Source: Pseudomonas aeruginosa
Lineage (GTDB): Bacteria > Pseudomonadota > Gammaproteobacteria > Pseudomonadales > Pseudomonadaceae
DNA length: 32,000 bases
Direction of reading: 5' to 3'
NCBI RefSeq assembly: GCF_001457615.1
Contig: NZ_LN831024.1
Location: 4,950,001 to 4,982,000 of the forward strand
Shown piece by piece: positions 20,040-32,000 of the stretch (positions within the stretch are counted from its first letter, which is position 1; every line of letters starts with the position of its first letter). A program made the translations under genes and the position numbers. The notes under the pieces are model-generated. The model worked only from the letters and a program-made list of their open reading frames with translations, was not told where the DNA came from and did not search any database.

Positions 20040-22790
20040 TTAGTCCAGCTGCCCGTGACAGTGCTTGTATTTCTTGCCGGAACCGCACGGGCAAGGCTCG
20101 TTGCGGCCGATCTTCTGCTCGTTGCGCACAGGCTCGAGCGGCACGACCGGAGCCGGGCCCTCGGGAAGCTCTTCTTCCTCGCCGGCCACGGCCTGCTCCA
20201 TCGAGGGAGCCTCGGCGTGCTGGAACTGCATGCGCTTGGCCAGTTCCTCCGCCTCGCGACGCAGGCGGGCCTCCTCTTCGGCCGGGTCTTCGCGACGGAC
20301 CTGGACGTGGGACAGCACGCGGATGGTGTCGCGCTTGATCGAGTCCAGCAGCTCCTGGAACAGGGTGAAGGACTCGCGCTTGTATTCCTGCTTAGGATTC
20401 TTCTGCGCGTAGCCACGCAGGTGGATGCCGTGCCGCAGGTGGTCCATGGTCGACAGGTGGTCCTTCCACAGGTCGTCCAGCACCCGCAGCAGCATCTGCT
20501 TCTCGAAGGCGCGCAGGGCTTCGGCGCCGGCCAGCTCTTCCTTCTCGTAGTAGGCGGCGACGATCTGCTCGAGGATCTTGCTACGCAGGGTTTCCTCGTA
20601 CAGCTTGTCGTCTTCGTCCAGCCACTGCTGGATCGGCAGGCGCACGGCGAAGTCGCTGTACAGCGCAGCCTCCAGGCCTTCGATGTCCCACTGCTCGGGC
20701 AGCGACTGCGGCGGAATGTGCTGGTTGATGGTGGCGCTGAGGGTTTCCTCGCGGAATTCCTTGATGGTCTCGCCCACGTCCTCTGCCGACAGCAGGGTAT
20801 TGCGCATGTGGTAGATCACCTTGCGCTGCTCGTTGGCTACGTCATCGAATTCCAGCAGTTGCTTGCGGATGTCGAAGTTGCGCCCTTCGACCTTGCGCTG
20901 GGCCTTCTCGATGGCGTTGGTCACCATGCGGTGCTCGATCGCCTCGCCGGACTGCATGCCCAGCGCCTTCATGAAGTTCTTCACCCGGTCGGAGGCGAAG
21001 ATCCGCATCAGGTTGTCTTCCAGCGACAGGTAGAAGCGGCTGGAACCCGGGTCGCCCTGACGACCGGCACGGCCGCGCAACTGGTTGTCGATCCGGCGGG
21101 ATTCGTGGCGCTCGGAGGCGATCACGTGCAGGCCGCCCGCCTCGATCACTTGCTGGTGGCGCTTCTGCCATTCAGCCTTGATCTGGGCGATCTGCTCCTC
21201 GGTGGGGTTCTCCAGGGCCGCGACTTCGACTTCCCAGTTGCCGCCGAGGAGGATGTCGGTACCGCGGCCGGCCATGTTGGTGGCGATGGTCACCGAACCG
21301 GGCGCGCCAGCCTGGGCGATGATCTCGGCTTCCTTCTCGTGGTACTTGGCGTTGAGCACCTTGTGCTCGATGCCTGCCTCTTGCAACAGCTTGGAAACGT
21401 ACTCGGAACTCTCGATCGACGCGGTGCCGACCAGGATCGGCCGGCCGAGGGCCTGGCACTGCTTGATGTCGGTGATGATCGCCGCGTACTTCTCTTCCTG
21501 GGTCAGGTAGACCAGGTCGTTGAAGTCCTTGCGCGCGATCGGCCGGTGGGTCGGGATCACCACCACGTCGAGACCGTAGATCTGGCGGAACTCGAAGGCC
21601 TCGGTATCGGCGGTGCCGGTCATGCCGGCCAGCTTGTTGTACAGGCGGAAGTAGTTCTGGAAGGTGGTGGAGGCCAGGGTCTGGCTCTCGGCCTGGATCG
21701 GCAGGCCTTCCTTCGCCTCGATGGCCTGGTGCAAGCCCTCGGACAGGCGACGGCCAGGCATGGTGCGGCCGGTGTGCTCGTCGATCAGGAGGATCTGGTC
21801 GCCCTGGACGATGTACTCGACGTTGCGGTGGAACAGGGTGTGCGCGCGCAGCGCTGCGTAAACGTGGGTCAGCAGGCTCAGGTTGTGCGCCGAGTAGAGG
21901 CTCTCGCCTTCGCCGAGCAGGCCGTTCTGGCTCAGCAGGTCCTCGATGAACTGGTGGCCCTGCTCGTTGAGTTCGACCTGGCGGGTCTTCTCGTCGATGC
22001 TGTAGTGGCCTTCCTCGGTCGGCTTGCCCTCGACCTCTTCGACCTGGCGCTTGAGACGCGGGATCAGCTTGTTGATCTTGATGTACAGCTCGGAGCTGTC
22101 TTCGGCCTGGCCGGAGATGATCAGCGGGGTACGCGCCTCGTCGATGAGGATCGAGTCCACTTCGTCGACCACGGCGAAGTTCAGCTCGCGCTGGAACTTG
22201 TCGTCCAGGCTGAAGGCCATGTTGTCGCGCAGGTAATCGAAGCCGAATTCGTTGTTGGTGCCGTAGGTGATGTCGGCGGCGTAGGCGGCGCGCTTGTCTT
22301 CCGGCGGCTGGAAGGGAGTGACCACGCCGACGCTGAGGCCGAGGAACTCGTACAGCGGGCGCATCCAGTTGGCGTCGCGGCGCGCCAGGTAGTCGTTCAC
22401 CGTGACCACGTGCACGCCCTTGCCGGACAGCGCGTTGAGGTAGACCGGCAGGGTGCCCACCAGGGTCTTGCCCTCGCCGGTACGCATTTCGGCGATCTTG
22501 CCGTCGTGCAGGGTCATGCCACCGATCAGCTGGACGTCGAAGTGGCGCATGCCCATCACCCGCTTGCCAGCCTCGCGAACCACGGCGAAGGCTTCGGGCA
22601 GCAATTGGTCGAGCGTTTCGCCCTTGGCGTAGCGCTGCTGGAATTCAGCCGTTTTCGCCTTCAACTGCTCGTCGGAGAGCGCCACCATCTGGGGCTCGAG
22701 CGCATTGATGGCCTGTACAGCCTTGGCCATGCGCTTTACATCACGCTCGTTCTTGCTTCCAAAGAGTTTCTTCAACAAAGGCGCAAACAT
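20040..22790 (-). CDS. secA: Preprotein translocase ATPase SecA
   Basis: ORF 20040..22808. ATG 22790 ([18 protein letters not shown]...) gives 916 aa. Walker [10 protein letters not shown]-terminal zinc finger [14 protein letters not shown]. Confidence 0.98.
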   Translation of the reverse strand: MFAPLLKKLFGSKNERDVKRMAKAVQAINALEPQMVALSDEQLKAKTAEFQQRYAKGETLDQLLPEAFAVVREAGKRVMGMRHFDVQLIGGMTLHDGKIAEMRTGEGKTLVGTLPVYLNALSGKGVHVVTVNDYLARRDANWMRPLYEFLGLSVGVVTPFQPPEDKRAAYAADITYGTNNEFGFDYLRDNMAFSLDDKFQRELNFAVVDEVDSILIDEARTPLIISGQAEDSSELYIKINKLIPRLKRQVEEVEGKPTEEGHYSIDEKTRQVELNEQGHQFIEDLLSQNGLLGEGESLYSAHNLSLLTHVYAALRAHTLFHRNVEYIVQGDQILLIDEHTGRTMPGRRLSEGLHQAIEAKEGLPIQAESQTLASTTFQNYFRLYNKLAGMTGTADTEAFEFRQIYGLDVVVIPTHRPIARKDFNDLVYLTQEEKYAAIITDIKQCQALGRPILVGTASIESSEYVSKLLQEAGIEHKVLNAKYHEKEAEIIAQAGAPGSVTIATNMAGRGTDILLGGNWEVEVAALENPTEEQIAQIKAEWQKRHQQVIEAGGLHVIASERHESRRIDNQLRGRAGRQGDPGSSRFYLSLEDNLMRIFASDRVKNFMKALGMQSGEAIEHRMVTNAIEKAQRKVEGRNFDIRKQLLEFDDVANEQRKVIYHMRNTLLSAEDVGETIKEFREETLSATINQHIPPQSLPEQWDIEGLEAALYSDFAVRLPIQQWLDEDDKLYEETLRSKILEQIVAAYYEKEELAGAEALRAFEKQMLLRVLDDLWKDHLSTMDHLRHGIHLRGYAQKNPKQEYKRESFTLFQELLDSIKRDTIRVLSHVQVRREDPAEEEARLRREAEELAKRMQFQHAEAPSMEQAVAGEEEELPEGPAPVVPLEPVRNEQKIGRNEPCPCGSGKKYKHCHGQLD

Positions 22791-22871
22791 ATCGACTTGG
22801 TCATCCACACGTGGGGAATGGAAGGCTCACCCATCCGGCGGCCCGTGCCGATCAACGGCATGAAAGGGAAC

Positions 22872-22877
22872 ATTCTA
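22872..22877 (-). promoter_or_regulatory. Candidate -10 element (TAGAAT) upstream of secA
   Basis: Minus strand TAGAAT, 82-87 nt upstream of the secA ATG. No convincing -35, so this is weak. Confidence 0.25.
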
Positions 22878-22923
22878 CCCGGAAACGGGTATGAGAAAAG
22901 TACAGCAGATCAATGCGCGTCGC

Positions 22924-23847
22924 TCACTCGGAAACAGACGCGCGTGCGATGAAGCTTTGCGGATTCATTACCCGGCCATCCTTCATCACTTCGAAATGTA
23001 CGTGGTAGCCGGTGGAGCGTCCGGTGCTGCCGACCTTGGCCAGCACCTGGCCGCGCTTGACCAGGTCACCGACCTCGACCAGGTTCTTCTGGTTATGGGC
23101 ATACAACGTGGTGTAGCCATCGGCGTGCCCGACCTCGACCACGTTGCCATAGCCGTTCTTGCGCCCGGACCAGGTCACCACCCCCGCCGCCACGGCCACC
23201 ACGTCGCTGCCGGCCGGCGCGGCGAAGTCGATGCCCTTGTGCATGCTCAGGCGGCCGCTCACCGGATTGACCCGGCGCCCGAACGGCGAGGAGATGTAGC
23301 CCTGGCGCACCGGCTGGCCGGCCAGGTAGGTCGACTGGCTGATGTGCTTGTCGGCGAGCAGTTGCTCCAGCACCTCGAGCTGCTGCTCGCGGGTATCCAG
23401 GCGTGCCGCCAGTTCGTCCAGCGTCGCCATGAACGACGGCGGGGCATAGGCGCTGCCCTCCAGCGGTTCGTCGACGCCACCCTGGCCGACGCTCAGGGAG
23501 AAGTCGAACTCGTCGGGGTCGACGTCGGCCAGCTCGGTGAGACGTTCGCCGAGGGCATCCAGCCGAACCAGGCGCGCCTGCAGTTCGCCGAGATGCACGC
23601 TCAGTGCGTCCATCTGCCGCTGCGCGTCCTCGCGGGCGCTGCTGATCTCGGCGCTCTGCGCCTGCAGCGCGGCATCGACTTCGATGCCGGCCACCGGAGC
23701 CGGCGCGCGGAACAGCCAGGCGCCCATGAAGCCCCCGGCCAACAGGCTGGCACCGACCACGCAGGCCCCGGCCAGCATCAGCAACCGCGGCTGCAGATGG
23801 ACGGAGCGAGCGGCCCCATGGTGCCGGCTCAGAAAAATGATGTGCAT
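22924..23847 (-). CDS. Membrane-anchored M23 (LytM-domain) metallopeptidase, MepM/YebA-like
   Basis: 307-aa ORF with an AAGGA SD. N-terminal TM segment LLMLAGACVVGASLLAGGFMGAWLF, then a coiled-coil region. Intact catalytic motifs HKGID (HxxxD) and YHVHFEV (HxH). Confidence 0.88.
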   Translation of the reverse strand: MHIIFLSRHHGAARSVHLQPRLLMLAGACVVGASLLAGGFMGAWLFRAPAPVAGIEVDAALQAQSAEISSAREDAQRQMDALSVHLGELQARLVRLDALGERLTELADVDPDEFDFSLSVGQGGVDEPLEGSAYAPPSFMATLDELAARLDTREQQLEVLEQLLADKHISQSTYLAGQPVRQGYISSPFGRRVNPVSGRLSMHKGIDFAAPAGSDVVAVAAGVVTWSGRKNGYGNVVEVGHADGYTTLYAHNQKNLVEVGDLVKRGQVLAKVGSTGRSTGYHVHFEVMKDGRVMNPQSFIARASVSE

Positions 23848-23927
23848 GACTTATCCTTCATACGGGCCGGCAGTAGCGAAACGCTTTCTGCTACCATTCC
23901 GACTCAGTAACCCCCAGGCTTCCCGCC

Positions 23928-24389
23928 ATGTCTTTTCGTCCCTTGCCCGCCCAGGCATCGACCCAGTTGCTGCGCCAGGCCAGGCCGCTGCAGATGCTGT
24001 TCGCCGAAGCCCAGCGCATCTGCCGCCTGCAGCAACTGCTGGAAAGCCAGTTGCAACCGGCGGCGCGCCCGTACTGCCATGTGGCTTCGTGGCGCGGCGG
24101 TTGCCTGCTGCTGATCGTCACCAATGGCCACTGGGCCACACGCCTGCGCTATCAGCAGCGGCGCCTGCAGCGGCAGCTGCAGGCTTTCGAAGAATTCGCG
24201 AACTTAGCGAAAATCCTTTTCAAGGTGCAACCCACCACGTCCACACAACGTGCGGCACGTCGCAGCTTGACCCTGTCTGCCGTCGCGGCGGAAAACCTTC
24301 GCGAATCCGCCGAGATCGTCGGCAATCCACGCCTGCGGGAAGCGCTCGAGCGGTTGGCAAGCCGCGCCGAGAAAAGCCGGCAAGAATAA
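23928..24389 (+). CDS. DUF721 / DciA-like protein (candidate replicative-helicase operator)
   Basis: 153-aa ORF. Core CHVASWRGGCLLLIVTNGHWATRLRYQQRRLQRQL matches the DUF721 pattern (c.va....g.L.l.....awa.rLry....ll..L) as I remember it from DciA proteins. Divergent from the M23 peptidase gene. Confidence 0.6.
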   Translation: MSFRPLPAQASTQLLRQARPLQMLFAEAQRICRLQQLLESQLQPAARPYCHVASWRGGCLLLIVTNGHWATRLRYQQRRLQRQLQAFEEFANLAKILFKVQPTTSTQRAARRSLTLSAVAAENLRESAEIVGNPRLREALERLASRAEKSRQE

Positions 24390-24395
24390 ATCCCG

Positions 24396-24426
24396 AAATA
24401 AAAAGAGGCCACCCTGAGGTGGCCTC
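24396..24426 (-). terminator. lpxC rho-independent terminator
   Basis: Minus strand GAGGCCACC-TCAG-GGTGGCCTC forms a 9-bp stem, followed by TTTTTATTTCGGG. It could also stop the convergent DciA-like transcript. Confidence 0.85.
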
Positions 24427-24449
24427 CAAATATGGAAAGGAGAGTTTTC

Positions 24450-25373
<924 letters not shown>

Positions 25374-25473
25374 TTAAGCGCTGACTGCGAACTGTTTTCA
25401 ACAATGGCCGGCGATGATAGCAGAACCGGCCTTTGCTGAACACCAATCACATCTCTACTCCTGATTAATTACT

Positions 25474-26658
25474 TCAATCGGCCTGACGACGCAGGAACGC
25501 CGGGATATCCAGGTAATCCAGGTCATCCTGCGGGTTCAGCTTGGCCGCGGTCGCCGCGCTGCCGTGAGACTGGTTGCGCATCACGGTAGGACGGTCGAGG
25601 TCGCGGTAGTTCACCGACTGCTGCTCGCGCTGGGCCGGAGCGGCTGCCTGGGCTGCACTGCCCTGCACGGTGTTGTCGACGACCTTCACCGGTTTCTCCA
25701 GGCGCGCGCCCAGGCCGGTGGCGACTACGGTGACGTGCAGCTCATCGCGCATGTCCGCGTCGATCACGGTGCCCACCTTCACAGTGGCGTGCTCGGAAGC
25801 GAACTGTTCGATGATGTTGCCGACATCGGAGTACTCGCCCAGGGACAGGTCCGGACCCGCGGTGATGTTCACCAGGATGCCGCGCGCGCCCTGCAGGTTG
25901 ACGTCTTCCAGCAGCGGGTTGCGGATTGCCGCCTCGGTGGCCTCGCGGGCACGGTTCGGACCGCTGGCGCAGCCGGTACCCATCATCGCCATGCCCATTT
26001 CGCTCATGACGGTCTTCACGTCGGCGAAGTCGACGTTGATCATGCCCGGACGCTTGATGATGTCGGAGATACCGCGCACGGCACCGGCCAGCACGTCATC
26101 GGCCTTGGCGAAGGCGGCCAGCAGGCTGGCGTCCTTGCCGAGGATGGTCAGCAGCTTCTCGTTCGGGATGGTGATCAGCGAATCGACGCTCTCGGCCAGC
26201 GCACGGATGCCCTCGTCGGCGATCTGCATGCGCTTGCGACCTTCGAACGGGAACGGGCGGGTCACCACCGCGACGGTGAGGATGCCCATTTCCTTCGCCA
26301 CTTCGGCGATGATCGGCGCGGCGCCGGTACCGGTGCCGCCACCCATGCCGGTGGTGATGAAGACCATGTCGGCGCCTTCCAGCACTTCGGAAATGCGCTC
26401 GCGATCTTCCAGAGCCGCCTGACGACCAACTTCCGGATTGGCGCCGGCACCCAGCCCCTTGGTGACGCCCGGGCCGAGTTGCAGAACGGTGCGCGCCGCG
26501 ATGTTCTTCAGCGCTTGTGCGTCGGTGTTGGCGCAGATGAACTCGACGCCCTCGACGTTGTTCTTGGCCATGTGATTGACGGCGTTGCCGCCACCACCAC
26601 CTACACCGATCACTTTTATGACGGCGGTTTGTGCGATGTTATCGACCAGTTCAAACAT
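25474..26658 (-). CDS. ftsZ: Cell division GTPase FtsZ
   Basis: 394-aa ORF with tubulin signature [10 protein letters not shown] and a C-terminal [11 protein letters not shown] peptide. Confidence 0.99.
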   Translation of the reverse strand: MFELVDNIAQTAVIKVIGVGGGGGNAVNHMAKNNVEGVEFICANTDAQALKNIAARTVLQLGPGVTKGLGAGANPEVGRQAALEDRERISEVLEGADMVFITTGMGGGTGTGAAPIIAEVAKEMGILTVAVVTRPFPFEGRKRMQIADEGIRALAESVDSLITIPNEKLLTILGKDASLLAAFAKADDVLAGAVRGISDIIKRPGMINVDFADVKTVMSEMGMAMMGTGCASGPNRAREATEAAIRNPLLEDVNLQGARGILVNITAGPDLSLGEYSDVGNIIEQFASEHATVKVGTVIDADMRDELHVTVVATGLGARLEKPVKVVDNTVQGSAAQAAAPAQREQQSVNYRDLDRPTVMRNQSHGSAATAAKLNPQDDLDYLDIPAFLRRQAD

Positions 26659-26708
26659 TTCCCCTCTCCTTCCTTTCTAGTTTTGTCGCCTACTGTTACC
26701 GCGTTGAA

Positions 26709-27962
26709 TCAGAAATTGCCCTGGACCCAGCGTTTGAGCCGCTCCAGGACAGGTGCCTTGGGTTCGTCGCTGCTGTAGCTGCTGCCTGACACAGACATCG
26801 ACATGCCATCGGACTGCTTCTGCAGTCCGTACATCAGCAGGCCGACGCCCGTCGAATAGATCGGGTTGCGCACCACGTCGGTGAGGCCCTTCACGCTATA
26901 CGGCACGCCGAGGCGTACCGGCATGTGGAAGATTTCCTCGGCCAGCTCGACCGCGCCTTCCATCTTCGAGGTGCCGCCGGTGAGGACGATCCCTGCCGGG
27001 ATCAGGTCCTCGTAGCCGCTGCGGCGCAGCTCGGCCTGGACCAGGGTGAACAGCTCGTCGTAACGAGGCTCGACCACTTCGGCCAGGGCCTGGCGCGACA
27101 GTTCGCGCGGCGGCCGGTCGCCGACGCTGGGCACCTTGATGGTCTCGCCGGCACCGGCCAGCTTGGCCAGGGCGCAGGCGTAGCGGATCTTGATCTCTTC
27201 CGCGTACTGGGTCGGCGTCCGCAGGGCCATGGCGATGTCATTGGTGACCTGGTCGCCGGCGATCGGGATCACCGCGGTATGGCGGATCGCGCCTTCGGTG
27301 AAGATCGCGATATCGGTGGTGCCGCCGCCGATATCCACCAGGCACACGCCCAGTTCCTTCTCGTCCTCGGTCAGCACCGAATAGGCCGAGGCCAACTGCT
27401 CGAGGATGATGTCGTCGACCTCGAGGCCGCAGCGGCGCACGCACTTCTCGATGTTCTGCGAGGCATTCACCGCGCAGGTCACCACGTGCACCTTGGCTTC
27501 CAGGCGCACCCCGGACATGCCCAGCGGCTCGCGCACGCCTTCCTGGTTATCGATCACGTAATCCTGGGCCAGGGTATGCAGCACCCGCTGGTCCGCCGGG
27601 ATCGCCACCGCCTGGGCGGCATCCAGTACCCGTTCGATATCCGCCGGGTTCACCTCGCGATCGCGGATCGCCACGATGCCGTGGGAATTGAGGCTGCGGA
27701 TGTGGTTGCCGGCGATGCCGACGAACGCCGAGTGGATACGGCAACCGGCCATCTGCTGGGCCTCGTCGATGGCGCGCTGGATCGACTGCACGGTGGACTC
27801 GATGTTCACCACCACGCCCTTCTTCAGGCCGCGGGACGGATGAGTACCGATGCCAACGACCTCCAGCTGGCCATCGGCCGTCACCTCGCCCACCAGCGCC
27901 ACCACCTTGGAGGTACCGATGTCGAGGCCGACGATCATCTTGCCGCTCTGCACGCTTGCCAT
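26709..27962 (-). CDS. ftsA: Cell division protein FtsA
   Basis: 417-aa ORF, actin-like ATPase (VGLDIGTSKV, DIGGGTTD), with a C-terminal amphipathic helix. Confidence 0.98.
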   Translation of the reverse strand: MASVQSGKMIVGLDIGTSKVVALVGEVTADGQLEVVGIGTHPSRGLKKGVVVNIESTVQSIQRAIDEAQQMAGCRIHSAFVGIAGNHIRSLNSHGIVAIRDREVNPADIERVLDAAQAVAIPADQRVLHTLAQDYVIDNQEGVREPLGMSGVRLEAKVHVVTCAVNASQNIEKCVRRCGLEVDDIILEQLASAYSVLTEDEKELGVCLVDIGGGTTDIAIFTEGAIRHTAVIPIAGDQVTNDIAMALRTPTQYAEEIKIRYACALAKLAGAGETIKVPSVGDRPPRELSRQALAEVVEPRYDELFTLVQAELRRSGYEDLIPAGIVLTGGTSKMEGAVELAEEIFHMPVRLGVPYSVKGLTDVVRNPIYSTGVGLLMYGLQKQSDGMSMSVSGSSYSSDEPKAPVLERLKRWVQGNF

Positions 27963-27983
27963 GGTTATTACTGTCTCCTCAAC

Positions 27984-28847
27984 TCACTGCACGGCGCTGG
28001 CCGTGGCCACCGTCGCGGGCGTGACCGGCTCGCGCCACGCAACGGCGAGGCCGTTGGGGTAACGCAGGTCGATCCGCGCAATGTTCGAAATCTGATCTTT
28101 GAGTGCCTTGTCGTAGATGCTTACGAAGCGGCGAATCTTGTCTACCACGTGGTCGCGCCCGATCTGGATCTCGACGCCCTGGGCCGTGGTCAGCGCCCAA
28201 CCGCCGCGATCGCTCATTTCCAGGCGGGCGATGGAGAACCCGAGGGGACGCAGCAACTGGCTGAGCAACTGGTATTGCTGCATCACCTGCTGTTGCGCCC
28301 GCTGTGGACCATGCAAGCGGGGCAGATGTTCATAATTCGCCAGTTCCTTTGGCGTAAAAGCCTGTCCCTGGTTGTTCAGCAGCGCTTCGTCGCCCCACCG
28401 CGCGATCGGCAGTTGCTCGTCCAGGCGGATCACCACCTGGTCCGGCCACACCCGGCGCACCTCGGCGTGGGCGATCCAGGGCATCTGTTCCAGTTGCCCG
28501 CGCATGCCCGCCAGGTCGATGGTGAAGAAGCTCGCCGCCAGGTACGGGGAGATCCGCTGCTGCACCGCGCGCTGGCTGATGTAGCTGAGGTCGCCCTCGA
28601 CACTGACCTTGGCGATCGGCCGGTCGGCGTACGGCAGGATGTACTCGGCGCCGCGATAGGCGCCATAGCCGAGAACGGCCAGCAACAGCGGCCAGGCCAG
28701 GTACTTGAGGAAACTGAAGTCGGCTTTCGGCAGGCGCACGCTCAGCGGTTCCTTGGCCACCAGACGGCTGGCGCCGCGCGGCATCGGCTTGCGCGGAGCG
28801 CGGCCGAGTCCACCGGGTTGCTGATGACGGAGCAGTACGCCATTCAT
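27984..28847 (-). CDS. ftsQ: Cell division protein FtsQ
   Basis: 287-aa ORF. Single TM segment ([16 protein letters not shown]) followed by POTRA/FtsQ domains. It sits in the dcw order between ddlB and ftsA. Confidence 0.93.
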
Positions 28848-28850
28848 GGC

Positions 28851-31241
<2,391 letters not shown>

Positions 31242-31249
<8 letters not shown>

Positions 31250-32000
31250 GGGCCACCTCCAGGCAGGCATCGACCACCGTCCGGGTAGCCTCGGGTTTCG
31301 CCAGGCTGCGTGCCTGGTCTGCCATGGAGCGCAGGGTTTCGGGATGCATCAGGACCTCGGACAGCTGCGCGGCCAGTTCGGCCGCGCCGGTAGACTTTTG
31401 CGGCAGCAGGCGGCCGGCGCCGCTGCGTACCAGGAATTCGGCATTGCGGGTCTGGTGATCGTCGATCGCGTGAGGCAACGGCACCAGGAAGGCGGGCAAT
31501 CCCGCCGCCGTCAGCTCGCTGACGGTCAGCGCGCCGGCGCGACAGATCACCAGGTCGGCCCAGGCATAGGCCGCGGCCATGTCGCTGATGAAGGGCGCGA
31601 CGTCCGCTTCGACCGCCACTGTGCGATAACGCTCGGCGGTAATCTCGGCATGCTGACGACCGGCCTGATGGCGGATTGCCGGACGGATTTCCAGCGGCAC
31701 CTGCGCCAGGGCCTCTGGCAACAGCTTGTTCAGCGGTTCCGCGCCAAGGCTGCCGCCGAGCACCAGCAGATTGACCCGACGGCCGGTCAGCGGCGCGCGG
31801 GCGTGCGCGTCGAGGAACAGCTCGCCGCGCACCGGATTGCCGGTGGTCAGACGCTTGTCACTGGCCGGGAAGGTATCCGGGAATGCCTCGCAGACGCGCC
31901 TGGCGATCGGCGCCAGGCTGCGGTTGGCGGTGCCGGCCACGGCGTTCTGCTCGTGGATCACCAGCGGCACGCCGTTGAGGCGCGCAGCCAGGCCGCCCGG
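31242..32000 (-). CDS. murG: UDP-GlcNAc:lipid I GlcNAc transferase MurG (3' part; N-terminus beyond right edge of window)
   Basis: The reading frame is open to the window edge (...[26 protein letters not shown]...). It sits in the dcw order upstream of murC. Confidence 0.93.

Noticed and set aside
22772-22873. 33-codon upstream ORF ([33 protein letters not shown]) overlapping the secA start, considered as a possible SecM-like leader peptide
   Set aside because: It has no SD, and its ATG overlaps the only -10-like hexamer (TAGAAT). No arrest-peptide-like motif is recognisable. Open frames of this length are expected by chance at this GC content. It would need Ribo-seq or cross-species conservation before being taken seriously.
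19944-22952. 1002-aa ORF on the plus strand, the largest ORF in the window
   Set aside because: It is exactly antisense to secA. Its translation is low-complexity (rich in L, V, G, A, D, Q) with no recognisable motif. Such shadow ORFs are expected opposite real genes when third-codon positions are G/C-rich. secA on the other strand is unmistakable.
25406-25431. GGCCGG-N14-CCGGCC inverted repeat between ftsZ and lpxC, considered as an ftsZ terminator or lpxC operator
   Set aside because: The loop is large, the stem is only 6 bp and self-complementary, and no U-tract follows. The evidence is insufficient for a call.

Overview
This window is GC-rich (about two-thirds G+C by eye) and densely coding. 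It reads as conserved core chromosome of Pseudomonas aeruginosa. From memory, the gene order matches PAO1 from roughly PA4382 to PA4412; I could not run a search to confirm this. Left to right the window contains: a DUF190 gene (5' part; its 3' end runs off the left edge) and a crcB fluoride-channel gene behind a fluoride riboswitch; a secreted ParB-like nuclease; groES-groEL with a sigma-32-type promoter; fxsA; a HugZ-like protein divergent from an SDR reductase; two tandem DUF481 outer-membrane paralogs; an alkyltransferase-like (ATL) protein; ampG; an MscS-family channel; yajQ; a block of REC/degenerate-GGDEF regulator, panE, sensor kinase and PduO-type adenosyltransferase; a mutT-ThiE/TenI-like fusion; a GST; argJ; secA; an M23 peptidase; a DUF721/DciA-like protein; lpxC; and the distal dcw cluster (ftsZ, ftsA, ftsQ, ddlB, murC, and murG whose N-terminus lies beyond the right edge). 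I found no tRNA, rRNA, CRISPR array, integrase, transposase, compositional break or intergenic gap larger than about 240 bp. I therefore see no evidence of an accessory island or a new multi-gene system, and I say so rather than invent one. The observations most worth a second look are these. (1) crcB is frameshifted at a homopolymer junction although its riboswitch looks intact. (2) AmpG carries an internal tandem duplication of a 79-aa, two-helix unit. (3) The response regulator has DEQHF in place of GGDEF but keeps an RxxD site at the canonical spacing, and it sits divergent from yajQ, a family reported to bind c-di-GMP. (4) The start codons of a DUF481 gene and the ATL gene overlap on opposite strands. 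(5) An M23 peptidase and a DciA-like gene occupy the lpxC-secA interval that holds secM in E. coli. All family assignments come from reading the translated ORFs and from memory of family motifs; no database search was possible.
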